This document shows, piece by piece, positions 55,746-64,000 of a DNA stretch of 64,000 bases (positions are counted from its first letter, which is position 1; every line of letters begins with the position of its first letter). The DNA is from Oligoflexia bacterium. GTDB taxonomy: Bacteria > Bdellovibrionota > Bdellovibrionia > JABDDW01. The DNA lies in contig JADJXN010000004.1 of assembly GCA_016715815.1 (NCBI GenBank), positions 11,123 through 75,122 of the forward strand, in the 5' to 3' direction. The notes beneath the pieces were generated by a model. It was not told the DNA's origin. It searched no databases and worked only from the letters and a program-made list of their open reading frames with translations. The position numbers were made by a program, and so were the translations under genes.

Positions 55746-57039
55746 ATTTAAACTTCCTGAAATGGGTGAAGGTGTTACTGAGGGTGAATTAGTTAAATGG
55801 CTTGTTAAAGAAGGTGATAGTTTCACTCAAGACCAACCATTAGTTGAAATGATGACGGATAAAGCCACCGTAGAAATTCCCGCATCAAATGCAGGCAAAG
55901 TTGTAAAGCTTATTGCAAAAGAAGGAGACATGGTCAAGGTGGGCCAAACCCTTTTAAGTATGGAAGCCGGAGTGGGAGCTGTAGTAAAACCAGCCCCTGG
56001 AGCTCATGCATCGCCACCACCTGCATCGCCGTCTAGGCCAGCAGTAGTGCAAACAGCATCTGCGGCGCCTGTAGAAAGTATATTTCCACCACCAGCAGGG
56101 GCTCATGTTTTAGCAACTCCCTCAACAAGACGTTATGCTCGTGAGGCGGGAGTAGATATAAATAACTTAACAGGTTCAGGTCCTGCAGGGCGGGTGACAA
56201 GAGAAGATGTTGTTAAAGCATCAAGTGGCCCCATGGGAGCTGTGAGTATGGGAGCTCCTACTATGGCAAGATCAGCCATGATGCCAGCAAGAACTCCCAC
56301 AAAAGCTCTTCCAACAGCAACTGTTATGGGCTCAAACACTGAGGAGAGAAAGCCGCTTAAAGGAATTCGCAAAAAAATTGCAGAAAATTTAGTGCGCTCG
56401 AAACAAACAATTCCACATTTTACTCATGTCGATGAAGTAGATGCCACAGAGCTTGTAGCTTGGCGTGCGCAAATGAAAGAAAAAGCCGCTGAGTATGGAA
56501 TAAAGCTAACATACTTGCCATTTATCATGAAGGCGGTAAGTGCTACTTGCCGCGAATTTGCAATGTTTAACACTGCCCTTGATGATGAAAAAAATGAAAT
56601 TGTAAGAAAGCATTATTTTAATATTGGTTTTGCGGCGGACACTCCTGAAGGGCTTTTAGTGCCGAATGTAAAAAATGTTGAATCTAAAAACATTCTTCAA
56701 ATTGCAAAAGACATTTCTGAGTTAGCAGAAAAAGCGCGCCAAGGAAAACTGGCCCCTGATGATATGAAAAATGGAACCATTACCATTACAAACATCGGTA
56801 GTATTGGCGGGCTTTATGCCACACCAATTATTAACCCCCCTGAAACAGCAATTCTTGGGGTTTATGAAATTGTTAAAAAACCTGTAGTTATAAATGATGA
56901 GGTGCAAATTCGTTCCATGATGAATATTACAGCTACCTGTGACCACAGGGTTATTGATGGTGCAGATGCTGCAAGATTTTTGAAAAAGCTAAAACAAAGA
57001 CTGGCAAGTCCGCAATCATTACTTCTGGAGATGATCTAA
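55735..57039 (+). CDS. Dihydrolipoamide acyltransferase (E2) of a 2-oxoacid dehydrogenase complex, single lipoyl domain
   Basis: Lipoyl-Lys context MMTDKATVEIP, Ala/Pro linker, PSBD (ATPSTRRYAREAGVDI) and catalytic DHRVIDGA. Confidence 0.9.
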   Translation: MAIEFKLPEMGEGVTEGELVKWLVKEGDSFTQDQPLVEMMTDKATVEIPASNAGKVVKLIAKEGDMVKVGQTLLSMEAGVGAVVKPAPGAHASPPPASPSRPAVVQTASAAPVESIFPPPAGAHVLATPSTRRYAREAGVDINNLTGSGPAGRVTREDVVKASSGPMGAVSMGAPTMARSAMMPARTPTKALPTATVMGSNTEERKPLKGIRKKIAENLVRSKQTIPHFTHVDEVDATELVAWRAQMKEKAAEYGIKLTYLPFIMKAVSATCREFAMFNTALDDEKNEIVRKHYFNIGFAADTPEGLLVPNVKNVESKNILQIAKDISELAEKARQGKLAPDDMKNGTITITNIGSIGGLYATPIINPPETAILGVYEIVKKPVVINDEVQIRSMMNITATCDHRVIDGADAARFLKKLKQRLASPQSLLLEMI

Positions 57040-57040
57040 A

Positions 57041-58489
57041 ATGAAAACATTTGATGTTTGTGTTATTGGCGCAGGACCTGGTGGGTATGTAGCGGCCATT
57101 AAAGCCGCCCAACTTGGGAAAAAAGTAGTTGTTGTAGAAAGAGAAAAAATTGGCGGAGTTTGCCTAAACTGCGGATGCATTCCTTCAAAAGCAATGATCA
57201 CTGCGGCCCACATGTTTGAGAAAATGAGCTCTCTTTCTGAAATTGGTCTTTCTGCTTCCAACATAAATGTAGATATGACAAAAATCCAAAACTGGAAGGA
57301 AAGTGTTGTTAATAAACTTACCACTGGTGTAAGTGGCCTTTTTAAAATGAACGGTATTGAATCTATAATGGGGGAAGCTAATTTTGTTTCTGCTCAAGAG
57401 CTTGAGCTAAATTGCTCAAATGGAGAAAAAGAAATCATTAAAGCTTCAAATTATATTATTGCTAATGGCTCAAGACCCATTGAGATCCCGGGTTTTAACT
57501 TTGACGGTAAAAATGTTCTCTCAAGCACAGAAGCTTTAACCCTTAACCCGACTCCTAAAAGACTTGTCGTCATTGGTGGTGGCTACATTGGCCTTGAGAT
57601 TGGAAGTTATCTTTCAAAATTTGGCTGTGAAGTCACTGTCCTTGAAGCTAACAGTAGTTTACTCAGCGGTGTTGTGGATACAGATTGTGTTAATGTTGTA
57701 GCCAGAAAGCTTAAGAAAAAAGGCGTTAATGTAATGCTTGGTGCAAAGGCTAAAGGTTATAAAAAAGTTGGAAATGATTTACAAGTTGAGCTGCAAACTG
57801 AAAAGGGTATTCAAACAGTTTTATGCGATAAAATTTTAGTCACCGTGGGAAGAAAGCCTAACAGTGACCAAATGAACCTTTCAAAAATTGGAATTAAAGT
57901 AGATCAAAAAGGTTTTGTAGTGGTTAACAAACAACTTCGCACAAACATTTCTCACATTTTTGCAATTGGAGATGTAGCGGGGCAACCTATGCTTGCCCAT
58001 AAGGCCTCACGTGAGGGAATTATTGCCGCAGAAGTGATTGCAGGAAAGAACGCTATAGCTGATTACAAATTTGTTCCTGCCGTAATTTTCACAGACCCTG
58101 AAATTGCAAGTGTGGGTCTAACAGTGGAAGAAGCAACGCAAAAAGGATTTGAAGTGGCAACGGGCCAGTTTCCTTATGCGGCTAATGGGCGCGCTTTGAG
58201 CGTGATGGATGCTGAGGGTTTTGTAAAAATAGTTGCAGATAAAAAAACAAATGTAGTTTTAGGCGTACACATTGTTGGTTATGAGGCCAGCAACCTTATT
58301 TCTGAAGCAGCACTTGCTATAGAAATGGGCGCAACTTTGCAAGACATAGCCTCAACTATTCACCCCCATCCCACACTCCCTGAAATGATGATGGAAGCAG
58401 CAGAGGCCGCCATGGGGCACCCGATACACATTTTTTTAAGGCCCAAGACGGATCGAGCAGCTCGCCCTACGACACGCAATGCTCATTAA
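57041..58489 (+). CDS. lpdA: Dihydrolipoyl dehydrogenase (E3)
   Basis: GAGPGGY, redox disulfide CLNCGCIPSK and HPHPTLPE. Confidence 0.92.
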   Translation: MKTFDVCVIGAGPGGYVAAIKAAQLGKKVVVVEREKIGGVCLNCGCIPSKAMITAAHMFEKMSSLSEIGLSASNINVDMTKIQNWKESVVNKLTTGVSGLFKMNGIESIMGEANFVSAQELELNCSNGEKEIIKASNYIIANGSRPIEIPGFNFDGKNVLSSTEALTLNPTPKRLVVIGGGYIGLEIGSYLSKFGCEVTVLEANSSLLSGVVDTDCVNVVARKLKKKGVNVMLGAKAKGYKKVGNDLQVELQTEKGIQTVLCDKILVTVGRKPNSDQMNLSKIGIKVDQKGFVVVNKQLRTNISHIFAIGDVAGQPMLAHKASREGIIAAEVIAGKNAIADYKFVPAVIFTDPEIASVGLTVEEATQKGFEVATGQFPYAANGRALSVMDAEGFVKIVADKKTNVVLGVHIVGYEASNLISEAALAIEMGATLQDIASTIHPHPTLPEMMMEAAEAAMGHPIHIFLRPKTDRAARPTTRNAH

Positions 58490-59114
58490 AGATTTAGGAC
58501 TTAAAGATTATTTACAAGTTTTAAAAATTCAGCACGAACATGTTGAAAAAAGATTAGAAGCTATTTTGGTATGCGAGCACCCAAAAGTAATCACCCTGGG
58601 CCGAGCCAAAGAAGCTGCAACGGATGTCATTTTAAATAATATTCAAGTTGTAGAGGTAGAGCGTGGAGGACGTGCTACTTTGCATTTACCAGGGCAGGTT
58701 GTTGTATACCCCATTATAGATGTTTTAAAGCGTGGCCTTGATGCTAATAAAATACTAAGACATTTAGAAAGCGCCATTATTAAAACGCTTTTAGATTTTA
58801 GAATTAATTCTCAAGCTGTTGAAGGTAAAACCGGAGTTTGGGTGGGGGATAATTTTGATAAAAAAATAGCAAGCATTGGTATTGCTATTAAAAACAACAT
58901 GAGCTTTCATGGCCTGTCTTTAAATGTAAGTTGTGATTTGAAAGAATTTAAAAACATTAAGCCATGTGGTTTTGAAAGTAGTGTTATGACAACCATGCTT
59001 GATATGCTTACTAGTGAGTATAAAAAAACCTGGAAGTTAACACCAGAGACTTTAATAAAAAGAGTAAAGCTAAGATTAACTGAAAATATAATTGAGGATT
59101 TTTTAATTGAATAA
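58479..59114 (+). CDS. lipB: Octanoyltransferase
   Basis: RGGRATLHLPGQVVVYP and HGLSLNV...IKPCG motifs. Confidence 0.85.
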   Translation: MLIKDLGLKDYLQVLKIQHEHVEKRLEAILVCEHPKVITLGRAKEAATDVILNNIQVVEVERGGRATLHLPGQVVVYPIIDVLKRGLDANKILRHLESAIIKTLLDFRINSQAVEGKTGVWVGDNFDKKIASIGIAIKNNMSFHGLSLNVSCDLKEFKNIKPCGFESSVMTTMLDMLTSEYKKTWKLTPETLIKRVKLRLTENIIEDFLIE

Positions 59115-59511
59115 AAAATATTTAAGAGTTTTATCCACCGTTTTCCATATTTGCTTATATGCAGCAGCGGGAGTAGCCGCCCCGCTTATTTTTAAAAATG
59201 TAGGCGACAGGCGTCTTGCTGGTTTTATGGCTGGCGGCCTGTTTGCTATTGTTGCTCTAAGAGCAGTTAAACTTTCTTTGGTAAGGCCTTATGCAAAACC
59301 AATAAGAAGATTTTTTATAGGCTATTTGCTGCTTCTTGTGTTTTTTTGGGTTTGGCGTTTTTTAGACTCAAGATACTTAGGAGAAATTTTAATATTTGGG
59401 ATTAATGCTTATTGGTTGCACCATTTCTTTACGTCTTTGTATGCAATTTCTTTTTTACTGCTAATTTACTCTGAGGTTAGTACACTCGTACGCACCTTGA
59501 AAGCACCTTAA
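59107..59511 (+). CDS. Small 4-TM membrane protein, unknown
   Basis: TTG start 8 nt after GAGGA, overlapping the lipB stop. Hydrophobic throughout. Confidence 0.45.
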   Translation: MNKKYLRVLSTVFHICLYAAAGVAAPLIFKNVGDRRLAGFMAGGLFAIVALRAVKLSLVRPYAKPIRRFFIGYLLLLVFFWVWRFLDSRYLGEILIFGINAYWLHHFFTSLYAISFLLLIYSEVSTLVRTLKAP

Positions 59512-60130
59512 GGGTTTCAATCTCTTCTTGGATTTCGGGCTGAGTTGAAACTAATAATATTTCCCCTTGCTCATTATAAATATGCCAGGTGCGCACAAAC
59601 TCAAACTCACTCACTTTTTGTAAAACATCACGGCTGCCAGCACAGCTTTCTTTTGCAGAACTTGTGTAGCCGGTTTTTACATTATAAGCTACATTGGCAC
59701 AAAACCCTCCGAGTACGTGACATGCTTCAGAGGTTTTTACTTCCTTTACACTAGAAGGCCGTCTAATGGCTTCTCTAACAATGTGTGTTTGTTGTGAAGT
59801 ATGATCTTTGTGAACGGAATAATCTGCTGTTAAAAAATTAATGCGCGCTCCAGGGATGGAAAAATAAATTTTATCATTATTTTTTGTTCTAATTAAAACA
59901 TCTCTATCATAAGACCATGTGCGCTTAAATGTGCTCAGGCCCTCATTAAAATTCACAAGGGGTGATTGATTTATAATTTCAACATAGTCCCCTTGTTTTA
60001 AATAAACTTTTTCATTTTTAGTGTTTGTTAAATATAAGTTGCCATTTTGTATGCTGACCAAAGCTTTGAAACTTATGAAATCATCTTTGTGAGCAAGGGC
60101 TGAAAATACAAAAAATAAAATGCTTAACAT
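59477..60130 (-). CDS. Exported protein (217 aa), unknown
   Basis: Signal MLSILFFVFSALA. Beta-rich, with 4 Cys. Confidence 0.55.
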   Translation of the reverse strand: MLSILFFVFSALAHKDDFISFKALVSIQNGNLYLTNTKNEKVYLKQGDYVEIINQSPLVNFNEGLSTFKRTWSYDRDVLIRTKNNDKIYFSIPGARINFLTADYSVHKDHTSQQTHIVREAIRRPSSVKEVKTSEACHVLGGFCANVAYNVKTGYTSSAKESCAGSRDVLQKVSEFEFVRTWHIYNEQGEILLVSTQPEIQEEIETLKVLSRCVRVY

Positions 60131-60148
60131 GAAGCAAAAATCCTTCTT

Positions 60149-60682
60149 TTACTTTATACAAACTGTGTAGGAATGATCGTTCTCAAATTTATTAAAAAAA
60201 TACATCTGAGATGTTTTGGCAATGAGAGCCCCAGTATTAGGGTCTTTTCTAAATACATGTTGCAAAATAGTATTGTCTTGCCAACCACGGCCAGCAATTA
60301 AGACGGCCGCATTATTTTGTACACTAAAAATTGAGGTGCGAACATATCGCTCTTTGTAGCTTTCGTTATCGTAGTACTTTGTTAAATGGGCTTGCTGAAC
60401 AACGGGAAGTTGTAATTTATTTTTAAAAATATTTTGAGACTCTGGTGCGTAGCTTAGTAGGTCAATAGTTGCCTCTGTAAGATGACGGGGTGAGGACTTA
60501 AAGCTCATTTTACAAGATTTAAAATTTGAGCGTTTAAAGTCATCAGGGCTAAAAGTTGATTTAGCTGTGAGGCTTTCTAAGCGATAAAATTCCTTTTCCA
60601 TTTGCTCGTAATAGTTAGTTTTATCTGCTCCAAATGAGCTAAAGCTAAATAGACATAGGCCAACAAAAACAAACTTAAACAT
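60149..60682 (-). CDS. Exported protein (177 aa), unknown
   Basis: Signal MFKFVFVGLCLFSFSSFGA. Confidence 0.55.
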   Translation of the reverse strand: MFKFVFVGLCLFSFSSFGADKTNYYEQMEKEFYRLESLTAKSTFSPDDFKRSNFKSCKMSFKSSPRHLTEATIDLLSYAPESQNIFKNKLQLPVVQQAHLTKYYDNESYKERYVRTSIFSVQNNAAVLIAGRGWQDNTILQHVFRKDPNTGALIAKTSQMYFFNKFENDHSYTVCIK

Positions 60683-60833
60683 ATAAGTACCACTCCTTTT
60701 ACGTTCAACTATAAATTAGTACTTAAGGCTTCCCATGAGCATATATAGTGCCAAGGTTTAAACGCAAATTAAGTGGTGGGAAAGGTAGCTATAGGCTTAA
60801 AATGAGCTAATTTTTTGTAAAATCTAAATAGAG

Positions 60834-61241
60834 CTATTTTTTGTCAATGCTGATTGCAAATTTTTTAACGCCCACACCTTTTATAATATCAATGACACCA
60901 ATGACTGTCCCGTGTGGGGTTTCTTTATCTGCACTAATCATGGCTTGCACTTCAGGCTTTGAAGCTATTAGGTTTGTAGCAAGTTCTTTTAGTTCAATTT
61001 CTAAAACGCGCTTACCGTTTGCATAAATTTCCCCGGCTTTAGAGATAGTGATTGAAAGCTCGCCAGGGGTACTTTGGTCACCACTTGCGGCTTTTGGAAG
61101 GTTAACATTAATAGAAGGCTTCATAATCATGGGGGTTGTCACCATGAAAATGATTAACAAAACAAGGCAGATGTCTACAAGGGGGGTGACGTTTATTCCG
61201 GTAATGGGTTCATCATCATTATTTTGAGATTGCGCTGCCAC
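60834..61241 (-). CDS. ExbD/TolR-family biopolymer transport protein
   Basis: INVTPLVDICLVLLIIFMV single TM segment followed by a periplasmic domain. 135 aa. Confidence 0.85.
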   Translation of the reverse strand: MAAQSQNNDDEPITGINVTPLVDICLVLLIIFMVTTPMIMKPSINVNLPKAASGDQSTPGELSITISKAGEIYANGKRVLEIELKELATNLIASKPEVQAMISADKETPHGTVIGVIDIIKGVGVKKFAISIDKK

Positions 61242-61255
61242 TTTTGGAGTTCTCC

Positions 61256-61879
61256 TTATTTTCCGCTTTTAACGTAAGCTAAACAGAGCTGCTTTATACT
61301 TTCAGCAGAACCCATGATGAGTTTTACTTGTTTAATAAAATAGTTGTATGAAGCAACAGCCGGGATAGCTACAAATAATCCTACCGCTGTGGCCACTAAG
61401 GCTTCAGAAATACCAGCCATAACAACGCTTGGGTTTCCTTGGCTGTTAGCTAAGTCTGCAAAAGCTTTAACTACTCCCAATACAGTTCCCAGTAGCCCAA
61501 TAAAGGGGGCATTGTTTCCAAGGGTATTTAAAAAACCAAGATTTTTTTCTAAGCTTGGGCGCTCCATCATTAAAAAACCACTCATCACTTCTTCAAGGCC
61601 TTCAGTGCCTTTTGTTGTTTTATGTCTTAAGGCAATATTGAGCATTTTACTTTCAATGGCATCATGGTTTTTACTTAAATCATCAAGAACTTTTAAGTCA
61701 TTAGCTCGCAATGCTTCTTTTGCCCTTTCGCTAACTTTTTTACTTAAACCCAAAAGGGCTTTTAGAAAAAACCAACGCTCAATCATAACGGCCACTGAGC
61801 AAACAGAAAGAAAAATCATAAAATACAAAATGGCATCTGCTCCACCCTGTGTTACAGCAAGAATTTTTTGTGTTAGCAT
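61256..61879 (-). CDS. MotA/TolQ/ExbB-family proton channel
   Basis: 207 aa, 3 TM. LGNNAPFIGLLGTVLGVVKAF signature. Confidence 0.85.
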   Translation of the reverse strand: MLTQKILAVTQGGADAILYFMIFLSVCSVAVMIERWFFLKALLGLSKKVSERAKEALRANDLKVLDDLSKNHDAIESKMLNIALRHKTTKGTEGLEEVMSGFLMMERPSLEKNLGFLNTLGNNAPFIGLLGTVLGVVKAFADLANSQGNPSVVMAGISEALVATAVGLFVAIPAVASYNYFIKQVKLIMGSAESIKQLCLAYVKSGK

Positions 61880-61958
61880 TTTAAAGTTATCTCCTCCAAA
61901 AAAGTCTAACAGAGAGCTCTTTTGTGTTGAAAGAAAAAATGATGACGCGCTTAGACTT

Positions 61959-63665
61959 ATGTTATGCTTTAGCCTTATGAGGTGGATTCTTTTTGTTTTT
62001 CTTATCTTAGGTTGTAGTGTTGTTTCACAAAATGCCGGGTTTCCGGGCTACTTGGTTCTTTCATTTTCGGGCCTAAGTGCTGACGAGTTTGATGAAGCCA
62101 TTACTTTAGAGCAAATTCCACACATAGAAGCACTCATTAAAGAAAGCATTAAGTTTACACATGCCTACACAACTTCAACTATGGAAAGTGCTGCTATGGC
62201 CTCAATACTCACGGGGCTTTACCCTTGGGAGCATGGAATTCGTAACAATGGGGCAAGCGTTTATAATTCAAACGTAAAAACTTTGCCTGAGTCTTTGCGT
62301 AAAAAAGGTTATTCCAGCTTTTTTATTTCTGGTGGGGCGCCTTTTTTAAGAAAATCTGCAGTTAGTTTTGGTTTTGATGAGTTTGATGACCGTTTTAAAA
62401 AATCAAATTATTACCTTTCATCAGATGAAGTGAGTAGTAAAGCGGTGGTGGCTTTAAAAGAGCGACCAGTAGCGCGCCCCTCCATTGGAGTGGTGTATTT
62501 TTCTGATTTTTTATATTTTGAAATGCAAAATAAAGAAAAAAAACTTCAACAATTTGATGCTGCTGTTTATAAAATAATTAAATATTTAAAATCTGTAAAT
62601 CTTTGGGATTCAACAACTGTAATTTTAGTTGGCTTAAGGGGCTCACAAAGACTGCCTTATTTATATGATAGTGTCACACGCATTCCTCTTTTTATTAAGC
62701 CTTCATCAAAGCCCCGTGATTTAATGCCTTCATGGAAAGTAGATGGCCATTTAACGCTGGCAGATTTAGGTAAAACTTTATTTACCGCCACGCGGGCAAA
62801 AGACGTAAATGAAAGTTTGTTTGCTGTGGCAGATTTTTCTCAAGCCTTAGAGGCCAAAGAAGTTAATTTTGAAAACAGAATGCTTTATGCCGAATCAACA
62901 CCACTTGCATGGAAAAATATAGGCCCCCACTATTTTTTAATTAGAAGCGAGGAGTGGACTTATTTCCCAGTAGAGAAAAAACTTTTTAATACCTATACAG
63001 ACAGGTTTCAGACCAACAACCTTTTTGGAAGAGAAAAATTGGCCCTTAAAAACTTAGAAAAAGGGTTTTTAAAGCTGCAGCCGTATAAAAACACTTCTCA
63101 AAGCAAGGAGGATTCTTTTTTGATTAGCTATAAACTTAATGTGGCTAAAGTATTGTTTGACCCTATAGTGCCACACAGTGAAAAGGTTTGGCTCATTAAT
63201 CAGGGCTTGGGCTATTCTAAAATAGATAACCAAGTAAAATCTTGGTTTTTAGATTACATTCTTGAATCAAAAGACAAAAATTTAAGTGAACAAATTGATA
63301 AAATAGAAATTAACAATAATGTATGCAAGCAGCAGGCAGAATGGGTTAAAACAAAATCTTTAAAAGCTATGGAGAGAAAAATTTTAAAACAGTGCTCAGA
63401 CCCAGAAACGCTGACATGGTTGCAATCTTATATTCATTTTAAAGAAGGAAAAAAAAGAGAAGCCCGGATTTTGTATGATGTAGCACTTTTACTCACGCAG
63501 AGAAGAAGGGACATAGAGTTTTTATCTAAAACTAATTGGTTAAATGGCTTAACATGGGATTTCTCTTCCGAGCTTCCAGCAGGCGCCAGTAATTTCACAA
63601 AATTTTTAAAAGAGGTTGAAGGTACTGATTTTGTGGAGTTTACTAAGCAGCGGCCAAGTTTTTAA
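61959..63665 (+). CDS. Alkaline-phosphatase-superfamily (sulfatase/LtaS-like) exported protein with a helical C-terminal extension
   Basis: Start trimmed to MLCFSLMRWILFVFLILGC, because the upstream 205 codons are antisense to tolQ. FTHAYTTSTMESAAMASILTGLYPWEHG resembles the nucleophile region of the sulfatase fold, but without the C/S-x-P-x-R motif. Confidence 0.6.
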   Translation: MLCFSLMRWILFVFLILGCSVVSQNAGFPGYLVLSFSGLSADEFDEAITLEQIPHIEALIKESIKFTHAYTTSTMESAAMASILTGLYPWEHGIRNNGASVYNSNVKTLPESLRKKGYSSFFISGGAPFLRKSAVSFGFDEFDDRFKKSNYYLSSDEVSSKAVVALKERPVARPSIGVVYFSDFLYFEMQNKEKKLQQFDAAVYKIIKYLKSVNLWDSTTVILVGLRGSQRLPYLYDSVTRIPLFIKPSSKPRDLMPSWKVDGHLTLADLGKTLFTATRAKDVNESLFAVADFSQALEAKEVNFENRMLYAESTPLAWKNIGPHYFLIRSEEWTYFPVEKKLFNTYTDRFQTNNLFGREKLALKNLEKGFLKLQPYKNTSQSKEDSFLISYKLNVAKVLFDPIVPHSEKVWLINQGLGYSKIDNQVKSWFLDYILESKDKNLSEQIDKIEINNNVCKQQAEWVKTKSLKAMERKILKQCSDPETLTWLQSYIHFKEGKKREARILYDVALLLTQRRRDIEFLSKTNWLNGLTWDFSSELPAGASNFTKFLKEVEGTDFVEFTKQRPSF

Positions 63666-63971
63666 AATGTTAAAAAACCTGAGAACTGTTGATCAGCTTC
63701 CCTATTCTGTAGTAGGTCCAGAGGATTTATTTTTTGGCTTAATTAGGCGCAAATATTTTTATTTTTTACGTTGACACCTTTTTCGTCTCTATTAGAGGTC
63801 TTCGGTTGAGTGAACTTGGTTTGATTTGAAAAATCAAAATCTTTGTTTGCCTTAGCTTTCTTGGTGAGGGTTTTGCGCGCTTAATTTTGAATTTAAAATT
63901 AAGTAGCAGTTTCTTAAAAATGTGCTCTCAAAAACTCATGTTATAAAGGCTCATACTAAGAGGGTTAACTT

Positions 63972-64000
63972 ATGAAAGACCAAGATTTACTAAACCAAAT
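63972..64000 (+). CDS. 5' end of an unidentified CDS (MKDQDLLNQ...), truncated by the window
   Basis: ATG preceded by AGAGGG. Only 9 codons are visible. Confidence 0.3.

Noticed and set aside
55975-56340. Locally high-GC patch inside the E2 gene, considered as a possible foreign insertion
   Set aside because: It encodes the Ala/Pro-rich inter-domain linkers and the PSBD typical of E2 proteins. The composition follows from the amino-acid content.
61344-61958. 205-codon N-terminal extension of the 773-aa ORF
   Set aside because: This part is the antisense frame of the well-supported TolQ/ExbB gene. The sulfatase-like protein has its own Met plus a signal-like segment at 61959/61977.

Overview
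This is a low-GC (about 35-40% by eye), gene-dense chromosomal segment from a diderm bacterium. The evidence for a diderm is an RND pump, a TolQ/TolR-like pair, several small beta-barrel outer-membrane-type proteins and lipoproteins. The many lineage-specific exported proteins fit a Bdellovibrio/Bacteriovorax-like predator, but that assignment is only an inference.

Recognisable content falls into these groups:
- An ion-homeostasis block: RND permease, CPA2 antiporter, MscS and NhaA.
- A divergent ArsR / thioredoxin-OsmC module.
- A thiolase broken by a frameshift in a G5 run.
- A metallophosphoesterase / beta-carbonic anhydrase / Kef-like operon.
- lysA plus an HD-GYP phosphodiesterase.
- An RRM-type RNA-binding protein with an RGG tail and a structured leader.
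- A clostripain-like (C11) peptidase, a GuaD-like deaminase, a GltP-like symporter and an EamA transporter.
- tRNA-Arg(ACG) followed by an unusual array of palindromic heptads.
- uppP, trmB, a 2Fe-2S ferredoxin and an SDR.
- trxB carrying an in-frame TAA, just downstream of a perfect 22-bp inverted repeat.
- A five-gene Opp/Dpp-type ABC transporter.
- An AceE-type E1 gene.
- A tightly coupled lipA-E2-lpdA-lipB operon, sfsA and an ExbB/ExbD-like pair.

I found no CRISPR array, transposase, integrase, prophage or recognisable defence system.

The best candidates for something undescribed are:
1. A four-gene operon (37056-39801) of exported cysteine-rich proteins with an embedded stand-alone receiver-domain protein.
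2. A run of exported helical 4-Cys paralogs (49712-52176).
3. The palindromic heptad array in the tRNA-Arg trailer.
4. The inverted repeat plus nonsense codon at trxB.

All family calls come from motif recognition by eye. No searches were run.
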